Part shown: one piece after another, positions 1-7,500 of the stretch
Position numbering within the stretch: the first letter of the stretch is position 1
How the letters are laid out: each line of letters begins with the position of its first letter
Notes under the pieces: model-generated
Told to the model about the DNA's origin: nothing
What the model saw: the letters and a program-made list of their open reading frames with translations, nothing else
Databases searched by the model: none
Made by a program: the position numbers and the translations under genes
NCBI GenBank assembly: GCA_964516915.1
Contig: CAZEXS010000003.1
Span: 50,861 to 114,860 of the forward strand
DNA length: 64,000 nucleotides
Origin: an uncultured Gammaproteobacteria bacterium
GTDB lineage: Bacteria; Pseudomonadota; Gammaproteobacteria; Arenicellales; Arenicellaceae
Direction of reading: 5' to 3'

Positions 1-697
1 GCTCAAACACAGAATATAATTCCTGCTTATCATCCTGAAAACGGTGATAGTTCCGCGTTCGGTTACGCGCTTCAGGCCCCGCTATCGTGAGCTCGACCCC
101 GGACTCGCTCAAGCAAGAATTAAACAGCGTTTGCGAAGCCGTCACCAAATCGTAGGCATACCAAATAACCTTGTTCGCCAATGATTCAAAGCGGCCCTGT
201 TGTATATGGTCAATAATCGCCGCTTGTAAACCAGGGTCGTCAGTAACGCCTCGCTGCTCTAATCTTGAGATGTACTCTAGCCGCCATTCTAAAAATTGAT
301 CCACATCACTTATATGCTCTAGTTGCAAAGCATTTGAGTCACAACGCCAATCCGACAATAAGCGATGACTGCGCATACAAGCTCGGACTGTTTGTTGAGC
401 ATTCAGCAGCGTGAGATCAGAGTTATCAACTTTGGATTTTTCTATTACCTGAGTCCATATTAGCTTGGCCTGCTGTGGGCTCAATAAAGTATCAAAGTTG
501 GCGAAGTCGGTTCTATTCTTTTGCCAATACAGCTTAAGAACCTCTTTCCAAGAAAGAATGTTTGGCGCCTCCCAAACATGTTTGCCACGCTGGATTTGCT
601 GCGTTGCGAATACCTCATTTAAGTGCGTCGCCAGACTCCCAGTCGGCACGATAAGAATCGCACTTTGATCCAGTTGATATAAAGATTGCTCGTCCAT
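1..697 (-). CDS. AddB-like / PD-(D/E)XK-family DNA repair protein, N-terminal fragment (gene runs off the left edge)
   Basis: The minus strand is open from the ATG at 697 to the window edge. Hand translation gives MDEQSLYQLDQSAILIVPTGSLATHLNEVFATQQIQRGKHVWEAPNILSWKEVLKLYWQ...LLSPQQAKLIWTQVIEKS. It is missing from the ORF track because there is no stop inside the window. The family call rests only on my memory of typical N-termini of this family. Confidence 0.45.
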   Translation of the reverse strand, partial: MDEQSLYQLDQSAILIVPTGSLATHLNEVFATQQIQRGKHVWEAPNILSWKEVLKLYWQKNRTDFANFDTLLSPQQAKLIWTQVIEKSKVDNSDLTLLNAQQTVRACMRSHRLLSDWRCDSNALQLEHISDVDQFLEWRLEYISRLEQRGVTDDPGLQAAIIDHIQQGRFESLANKVIWYAYDLVTASQTLFNSCLSESGVELTIAGPEARNRTRNYHRFQDDKQELYSVFE

Positions 698-754
698 CAG
701 CCAAGTTTAGCACCAGCTCAATATTTAAAGTGACAAGAAAAGTCTTTGAGCACA

Positions 755-781
755 AAAAAACGACCCTAAGGTCGTTTTTCT
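755..781 (-). terminator. Rho-independent terminator downstream of the cytochrome c4 gene
   Basis: Read on the minus strand: aaaaacgacc-ttag-ggtcgttttt, followed by a T-run (ggtcgtttttttgtg). It lies about 90 nt after the cc4 stop. Confidence 0.75.
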
Positions 782-870
782 AAGTCTGACAAAATCTCAC
801 CTGAGACAGTCTCTTCAGGCGGCTCGGTCTTTACAAGCACTTGCGAGCTATTCAAATGTCATTCTATCAA

Positions 871-1482
871 CTATTTCAAGCCAGCCATGTAAGCAGCAAG
901 TTCTTTAATTTGCTGTTCTGATAAGCTAAACGCAATGCTGTGCATGATGCCATTATAGCCGTTTCTCGTGCCCTTCTTATAATCTAATAAGCTTTGCTCT
1001 AGGTACCCACGATGTTGTGCCGATACTCTCGGATAGTGCTTGGGTATGCCTGAACCTTTGGGTCCATGGCAACTCATGCATGCCGAAATACCTCGTTCAG
1101 CATAACCACCACGATATATAGCTGCACCAGCTTTGGCTAACTCAGCTTCTTCTTCGGTGAGTTTCACTTCGACGTTTGGCTTCACGCTTGCGTAATACGC
1201 ATCAAGATCGGCCATATCTTCATCAGTCAGGTTAGTTACCTGTGTACTCATGATCGCGTTCTCGCGCTCACCAGACTTAAAAGCGGCCAGTTGTGTGGCT
1301 ATGTAACCGGGCACTTGGCCCGCTAAATTTGGATTGATAGCTAAGCTACTAACGCCTTCTGCACCATGGCACGCAACACACACAGCCGCTTTCGATTTAC
1401 CAGCTTGGGCATCACCTGCGGCGCTTGCATTACCGTTCAAAAACGACGCTGCAGCAGCAATAATCAACAATTTTTTTAACAT
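871..1482 (-). CDS. cc4: Dihaem cytochrome c4
   Basis: Two CxxCH haem-binding motifs (CVACH, CMSCH) and a signal peptide MLKKLLIIAAAASFLNGNASA. The ORF-track start at 1494 is a TTG. The ATG at 1482 is preceded by GGAGG at good spacing. Confidence 0.9.
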   Translation of the reverse strand: MLKKLLIIAAAASFLNGNASAAGDAQAGKSKAAVCVACHGAEGVSSLAINPNLAGQVPGYIATQLAAFKSGERENAIMSTQVTNLTDEDMADLDAYYASVKPNVEVKLTEEEAELAKAGAAIYRGGYAERGISACMSCHGPKGSGIPKHYPRVSAQHRGYLEQSLLDYKKGTRNGYNGIMHSIAFSLSEQQIKELAAYMAGLK

Positions 1483-1694
1483 GTAGGCCTCCAAAATAAG
1501 CCATAAAGAATGAGCCTGACGTGTAATTACAGCCGAGCTGTCTCAAGTGTGCGGATTTATATCATTTACAAGCCGTATTCTCAAGCGACGACGGCGTTTT
1601 TAGGTAAAATTTGAATCGCTATTCAAACAGATTTCTAGGCGCAGCAAGCAACGAATTGCGCATCACGCATCGAGATATTTGTTAAACTATCTCC

Positions 1695-2339
1695 ATGAGC
1701 ATAGATAGTAGTAAATCAGTCGATCAGCAACAAGCGCTGCCAAGTGTGCTGCGTAACCCAGAGTTTATTCTGGGGGCCGCTAAGCCAGCCCAGTTTCCGA
1801 TAGACGAACAAGTTGAAATTGCGTTTGCGGGCCGATCAAATGTCGGCAAGTCGAGCGCTATCAATGCGCTCTGCAACCGTCGAAAGTTAGCTCGCACCAG
1901 TAAAGTACCGGGTCGCACACAACAGATTAATTTTTTCTCACTGGGCGATGGAGCTCGACTGGTTGACCTACCCGGTTATGGCTTTGCTCAAGTGCCTCTG
2001 GCCGTCAAGAAAGATTGGGAAGAAACCATCCATAAATATTTGACTGAGCGCAGCAATCTGATCGTTTTGGTTTTATTAATGGATATTCGACACCCATTAA
2101 CTGACTTAGATCGTCAAATGATCAACTGGGCTAGCGAGTCTGATTTACCCACTCAAATTTTGCTGACCAAAGCGGATAAGCTGAAACGTGGAAAGGTTGC
2201 AAGCACGGTTCTGAGTGTTGAGAAAGAGCTCAAAAAAGTTCGTGGGCAATTTGGCGTTGAGCCGTTTTCAACGCTTAATTTTACCGGTGTAAATGCGATG
2301 CGTAGCCAGATCCAAGAATGGGTCGGCAACCCATTTTAA
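1695..2339 (+). CDS. engB: Ribosome biogenesis GTP-binding protein YihA/EngB
   Basis: G1 motif GRSNVGKSSAINAL, DLPGYG, and TKADK (G4). Length is about 210 aa. It sits next to cc4, as in Pseudomonas. Confidence 0.93.
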   Translation: MSIDSSKSVDQQQALPSVLRNPEFILGAAKPAQFPIDEQVEIAFAGRSNVGKSSAINALCNRRKLARTSKVPGRTQQINFFSLGDGARLVDLPGYGFAQVPLAVKKDWEETIHKYLTERSNLIVLVLLMDIRHPLTDLDRQMINWASESDLPTQILLTKADKLKRGKVASTVLSVEKELKKVRGQFGVEPFSTLNFTGVNAMRSQIQEWVGNPF

Positions 2340-2674
2340 GCAAATCATGCGAATTAAAATTGACCTCTGTTCGACAGAAAATAAACGGCGTTTCGCCAAC
2401 AACTCAAATATAGTTGGCTTATCCTTTAGCTATCGTTAACTTTATTGGAATTTTGACCTCATTCTCAATTCAAATGTCAAAAAAGGCTGCTTGACATCTT
2501 GTATTCTACAGGCTTTTAATTTATCGTACATTTGCAAGGTAAAGTTATAAACACATTAGAGTTTATAGACTTCATTTTTGGTCGAATGAAGTCGTCTCTG
2601 TTTTCAGCAAAGTCTAGTGTCATTTATATCTATAATTTAACGACGCCTTTATACGCTTTGTTAAATGCAAGAAT

Positions 2675-2751
2675 TGTCTAGAGTAGGCAGTCCCCCCAAA
2701 CGACATCCCCTTGGAATACCTTTATTGATGGTATTTCGCCTACTCTAGGCA
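2675..2751. repeat. Long-range inverted repeat (14-nt arms, 13/14 complementary) enclosing a nested hairpin
   Basis: tgtctagagtaggc (2675-2688) pairs with gcctactctaggca (2738-2751). Inside, ggaatacc pairs with ggtatttc. No ORF is present. Confidence 0.8.
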
Positions 2752-3094
2752 TCTTTACATACGTATTGGATCGCCTGTTATTAATTTCCTCAGCATTTCT
2801 TCCACCCCATAAATCCACTCGTTCCACAAACCCAGTCACTACTTAAGCCTAATCACTCCACAGGCCTATTAGTGTCAAATTTCACGCTAGCGACACAATT
2901 AGTGCTTTCTATAGGCAACAAGTTAATATTTGAGTAAGTTGATACTGAACAGGCTCAGAAAACTGCCATTAGTTTTTTAGCTATCTACATGAATTTGTGT
3001 TCTATGAATTACTCATCAAAGTAAGTGCAATGAATGCTCGTTGAGCTATACTTCTTAAACCACAGTCACAAGCTTAAATAGAAACCGCCATTAC

Positions 3095-4387
3095 ATGCGA
3101 TTTACCCATTCACTCATGAACAAGACCCTGTATCTTAACTTGTTCATTCTGGTAAGTTTTTTAATCAGCGCTTGTGAGCCGCAGACTGATGAATCTGATG
3201 CGACTAACAACACCGAGAGCACACCTGCATCGTTGCCTCAATCAAACGAAACGTCGATAAGCCAAGACTCAGAGCTAGCCGGCGCCGCACTCGAAACTCA
3301 GCCCGACACCACACTAGGACCGCAACAACAGGCGCCTGATACAACGGCATCAAATTTAACAGACGACTCCCAGACTTCAAATTCACCTAATCCGAGCCTT
3401 CCAATCGACGATGACGAGTCAACCGTCGACTCTACGGCGATAGTCGAAGCAATTGGCTTTGCCGAAGCGCAAGATGCAAAGGCCAATCTGACAGACGAAA
3501 CTGATACGAAACCGGAAACGCCAGAAAGCGAATATCGTGCGTCCTGCAACGTATTTTCGTCAACTGAGACTGAACCACAGAATACTAGCGAACAGCAAAC
3601 TATTTTTTGCAAAAAGGTTTCAGGCAGACTGGCCAGTGTTACACAAAAATTATGCATGGCGGCTAAACTCCAACCTTCTGGTTGCGAGTCGATCAAAGGT
3701 GTACCGCTTATGGTTCGAGAATTTCCGCCAGTTGAGGGCAAGGAAGCTCAGGCCCGGGTGCTTGTTGTTGGCGGTATTCACGGCGATGAGCTGACATCGA
3801 TCAGCCTTACATTTCGCTGGATCGAAACGCTAAACAAATATCACTCCGGTCTATTTCATTGGCATATCATTCCGTCAATGAACCCTGATGGATTGCTTAA
3901 ACGAGCGGCTGAACGCACAAACCACAATGGCGTAGATCTAAACCGAAACCTACCCTCCAGTGATTGGGCCAAAAATGCGCTCAATTATTGGGAAACAAAA
4001 GGCGACAAAAACCCTAGGAAATACCCAGGCGAAACAGCCAATAGCGAGCCCGAAACTCAATGGCTAGTTGATGAAATAGAATTATTTAAACCCGATGCAA
4101 TCATTGCAATTCATGCACCCTATGGTGTGGTTGATTTTGATGCGCACAAGCTAAATACCGCGCCACAAAGTTTAGGAAAACTGCGCTTAAATTTATTGGG
4201 AACCTATCCGGGCTCCTTAGGCAATTACGCCGGAATAAACTTAAACGTTCCTGTTATCACCCTTGAACTGCCGCACGCTTGGGAAATGCCAACGCAAAAA
4301 GAGTCTACGCTTATTTGGGAAGACATTGTTCGATGGCTTAAATTAAATATACATTCTTCAACGCAAACCGCATCGATTGACGAATAG
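3095..4387 (+). CDS. M14-family zinc carboxypeptidase / murein-peptide-amidase (MpaA)-like lipoprotein with a long acidic low-complexity linker
   Basis: Lipobox LISAC. About 190 aa of S/T/D/E/Q/P-rich linker. The catalytic domain carries GGIHGDELTS (HxxE), NPDG, DLNRN and IHAPYG. Confidence 0.75.
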   Translation: MRFTHSLMNKTLYLNLFILVSFLISACEPQTDESDATNNTESTPASLPQSNETSISQDSELAGAALETQPDTTLGPQQQAPDTTASNLTDDSQTSNSPNPSLPIDDDESTVDSTAIVEAIGFAEAQDAKANLTDETDTKPETPESEYRASCNVFSSTETEPQNTSEQQTIFCKKVSGRLASVTQKLCMAAKLQPSGCESIKGVPLMVREFPPVEGKEAQARVLVVGGIHGDELTSISLTFRWIETLNKYHSGLFHWHIIPSMNPDGLLKRAAERTNHNGVDLNRNLPSSDWAKNALNYWETKGDKNPRKYPGETANSEPETQWLVDEIELFKPDAIIAIHAPYGVVDFDAHKLNTAPQSLGKLRLNLLGTYPGSLGNYAGINLNVPVITLELPHAWEMPTQKESTLIWEDIVRWLKLNIHSSTQTASIDE

Positions 4388-4534
4388 CACTTATGCCACC
4401 TTATGCCCCACCTACGGGCTATCCGTATTCGGGGCATCTAAGGAATTACTGGCGATCTTTCAAAACAACTATTATACGGCTCTAGAATTAAGCGCTAGGA
4501 TCCAACTCTAAAACCCCAATGGGGATTGGGTGCT

Positions 4535-5833
4535 CTAACCTTCGTATATTATTTTCCATTGTCCATCGTCAGAGCGCTTCCAAAACTGGCGTTTCTCGGC
4601 TTGGCTTTGAAAGTTATTACTAAAATAGTTTTGCTTAAAACTCACGACGAACATATCGGGTTCGCCTGGGTAGATAAACATTTCTTGCACCTCTAAATCC
4701 ACTTGAATAAAGGTTTTAGCCGCGTTGAGATTACGTTTACTGCTTGCCCACGATGCATACTTTGTTTTTCCAAAATTCAACTGCTTGTCGGTATAGTGAG
4801 CCAAATACTTTTCAGTATCGATACTTTCCCAATCATTCTTCCAGCGCTCTACAATTGATAAAAATTGTTTGCGCCTTTGGTTTAATTCAGCTCTAGTAAC
4901 CCAATTGATATGGTCACTCAGGATGACCGGTGTTTTTAGCTCAGGGTCGAGAAATTGCGCGATATCCAATAAGTCATCATTACTTAATACAAAACAGCCC
5001 TCACTGGTCCAAGGTGCGCGAGCGTACGTGGTTGAGGGAGTACCGTGCAACCATATGCCATAGCCGGTTCTTTTTAAAAATCGGTCGTATTTATTAGGAT
5101 AGTTGACCGGAAACGCCCCTTTTCCGTACAAATCAGGGAGTCGCTTACCTTCGATATAACGATTCACATGATAAACGCCGACCGGGGTTTTATTATCGCC
5201 TTCTATCTGTTTCCCAAACCCAGCGGAGCCAACAGACATATAGTAATCTCGAACCAACTCTGGACGGCCTTCATTATTTTCGTACACATACAGCCGACCT
5301 TTTTGCATGTCAGCAACCAGCACATATGGGTGCTGCCCAATGTGCAACAAAGCCGCCGGTAACTTATCATGCACATATTCGTGATGCTGCTTATGGTGCG
5401 ACCATCGATTTTTCAGCTGATGGGTAATCCCTTGTAAATCAGATTTAGGAATCGCCGACCCCTCACCAATTAGATTTAATGCACCGCCTTGCGCGTTTAA
5501 TATATCTGCTCGTAAAAAATGTCCAATTCGGCTCTTAGGAAACGCAATTAGGTGTTTATCCACAGTTTCCAAAGCGGCGTCTAGATCTCCGGCACTCAGA
5601 CTCTCAAGCACTGACAATATCGCCGGCTCGTATTTATCATTGGCTTCTAGCGCATGTAAGCCATCAAACGCAGCGCCAGCATTAGCATTCGCACTAGGGG
5701 TTTCAGAGGGCTTGTCATCAGCAGCCCACACTTGAGCCATAGCCAAGATGGCCATGGTTAGCATTAGCGACCAAAATCGCTGTGCGTTTATGCTTGCAGG
5801 TCTGTTCGCAGAAATGTTGACAGGCATAGACAT
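4535..5833 (-). CDS. L,D-transpeptidase (YkuD/ErfK family) with a C-terminal NTF2-like (Cds6-type) domain
   Basis: YkuD catalytic signature GIWLHGTP...SEGCFVL. Signal peptide LMLTMAILAMAQVWAA. The start is refined to the ATG at 5833 (MSMPVNIS), 9 nt after the upstream gene's stop at 5842. Confidence 0.85.
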   Translation of the reverse strand: MSMPVNISANRPASINAQRFWSLMLTMAILAMAQVWAADDKPSETPSANANAGAAFDGLHALEANDKYEPAILSVLESLSAGDLDAALETVDKHLIAFPKSRIGHFLRADILNAQGGALNLIGEGSAIPKSDLQGITHQLKNRWSHHKQHHEYVHDKLPAALLHIGQHPYVLVADMQKGRLYVYENNEGRPELVRDYYMSVGSAGFGKQIEGDNKTPVGVYHVNRYIEGKRLPDLYGKGAFPVNYPNKYDRFLKRTGYGIWLHGTPSTTYARAPWTSEGCFVLSNDDLLDIAQFLDPELKTPVILSDHINWVTRAELNQRRKQFLSIVERWKNDWESIDTEKYLAHYTDKQLNFGKTKYASWASSKRNLNAAKTFIQVDLEVQEMFIYPGEPDMFVVSFKQNYFSNNFQSQAEKRQFWKRSDDGQWKIIYEG

Positions 5834-5841
5834 AATAAGGT

Positions 5842-7341
5842 TTATCGCTTTATGACTTCTTCGCCATTGATTTTCGCCATCCGCCAACTTTTACCAGCGG
5901 CTAAGGCAAAAGAAATCCGTTTTCGAATAGTGTCGTCCAAAGTATTAGATCGATAGTGCTGCGTGAACGTAACATCAAAACCATCTGATGTAGTGCTCAC
6001 ACCGAAGTCTCTAACTGCGACGTTAATGAAGCTCTTATTCGTCAACCTAACTCTTCGTTGCGACACCCATTGCTCACGACTCAAATTAGAACTGGATGAA
6101 TAATCATCAACATAAAAGCTCAAATAACTCTCCACGTTTTGTGATGACCATGCCTGCGCCCAGCCCTTGACAAGATCAATTGCCATAGCTCGATTTTCAG
6201 TGCTTAGACCAACTGGCTTTGGGGAAGGTGTTACGACAGTCGGTTTTACGACGGTAGGCGTTATGACAGAAGGCTTTTCAACATCCGGCTTGACCGTCAC
6301 TTGGGGCTCGTTTACAGCAACAACCGCAGCCACTCTGGCTTTCTCTAGTTGCTGCGCCAAATCTTGATTGGCTGCAATTAAGTCCTGTGCTTGCGACTTA
6401 GACTCACTAAGAGCGGATTCGACTTCGCGTAATTCAATACGCAGTTTTGCCACCAGATCACTTTCAGCGTTTGATGACAGGTTCTGCAGACGAGTCAACT
6501 CTGCCTGCTTCACTACGCCTCGTTCCGATTCTAAATCTAATTTGGCTTGCAGGGCTTTTATGGCATTCGCGTGGTTAGAATTAAGGCTCGCTATCTGCTC
6601 ACTTGACTCTTGCAACTGGGTTCGCAGTTGATCAAGCGCTTGACTGTCTGCCTTACTGTTAGCAGTAAGATTAGCCTGTCTACTTTTCTCTTGCTCAAGG
6701 CTTTCAGCTAAACGGGCAATTTGTTGAGCTTGCTCAAAGTCCGTTGCTAAATTTCGAACTTTAGGCAAACTGGCTGAGATAACATCAAACCCCTTGGTCT
6801 CTAAGGCATTGCGGTACGCTTGTGCGGCCAATGCGCCATGCAATTTATTAATGCTTGTAAAAAGCACCTTGGTACTTTGATTGGCCTCCGCCGCCTTGGC
6901 AAGGGTCAGCCTAGCCTCTTCCAAGCGGCCAGATTGAGCCTGCACCGATGCAAGATTTACATAAGGTTCGACAAAGTTTGGGTATTCTTCGATCAACTGA
7001 GAGTATACTTCGGCCGACTCATCCAGTTTACCTTGGCTAAGCTTCAGGTTGGCTTCGTCAAAGCGCTGTTTCAAATGAGCACTCGATTGCTCATTTAATC
7101 TTGAACCGGCGATGCCCTCATTTGCCATCCACGTATCAATTTGAGCTTGAGTGCTGGATCGTTCGGATGCAATGTTAATTGATCCAGGCCGTACTTTGTC
7201 AGCACTTGACGATAGTTCACCTTCGACCGATCCACCGTTTGCACTTGCAAGGGAATTACTCGGCGCAGCAGAAGGCCATAGCCATGTTATTAACACAGCC
7301 AACAACCCAATAATTAATATTGTTATCGGTAACTTTCGCAT
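5842..7341 (-). CDS. Secreted TPR / coiled-coil protein with a C-terminal NTF2-like (Cds6-type) domain
   Basis: Signal/TM segment LPITILIIGLLAVLITWLW. A TPR-like segment (AEVYSQLIEEYPNFVEPYVNLASVQAQSGRLEEA). A long Q/E/L-rich coiled coil. The C-terminal roughly 110 aa is homologous to the C-termini of the 4535 and 30641 gene products. Confidence 0.6.
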   Translation of the reverse strand: MRKLPITILIIGLLAVLITWLWPSAAPSNSLASANGGSVEGELSSSADKVRPGSINIASERSSTQAQIDTWMANEGIAGSRLNEQSSAHLKQRFDEANLKLSQGKLDESAEVYSQLIEEYPNFVEPYVNLASVQAQSGRLEEARLTLAKAAEANQSTKVLFTSINKLHGALAAQAYRNALETKGFDVISASLPKVRNLATDFEQAQQIARLAESLEQEKSRQANLTANSKADSQALDQLRTQLQESSEQIASLNSNHANAIKALQAKLDLESERGVVKQAELTRLQNLSSNAESDLVAKLRIELREVESALSESKSQAQDLIAANQDLAQQLEKARVAAVVAVNEPQVTVKPDVEKPSVITPTVVKPTVVTPSPKPVGLSTENRAMAIDLVKGWAQAWSSQNVESYLSFYVDDYSSSSNLSREQWVSQRRVRLTNKSFINVAVRDFGVSTTSDGFDVTFTQHYRSNTLDDTIRKRISFALAAGKSWRMAKINGEEVIKR

Positions 7342-7500
7342 TTGTACATTCAGACCCCTACACTTACATTTCCGAAGGCCACACTAAACTCAAGCCAAAC
7401 GTTGTTGCGATTCTAAACCATGAACTTGAGCATGTCTCGCTGTTAAGGCAATTCTCGACTTTTGTCTGCGAAAAATTAACCTTGCACATCAAAACGACAA

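Noticed and set aside
465-668. 67-aa plus-strand ORF
   Set aside because: It lies entirely antisense to the open AddB-like frame that I hand-translated on the minus strand. It is Cys-rich and has no RBS.
2340-3094. Direct identification of Spot 42 (spf) or ErsA
   Set aside because: The genomic position is suggestive. However, I could not find the conserved Spot 42 sequence or a canonical terminator with a U-tract, so I report only an unclassified structured region.
3298-3741. 147-aa minus-strand ORF (also 3204-3386 and 3537-3794)
   Set aside because: It is antisense or out of frame within the low-complexity linker of the M14 lipoprotein gene. Biased composition keeps alternative frames open.
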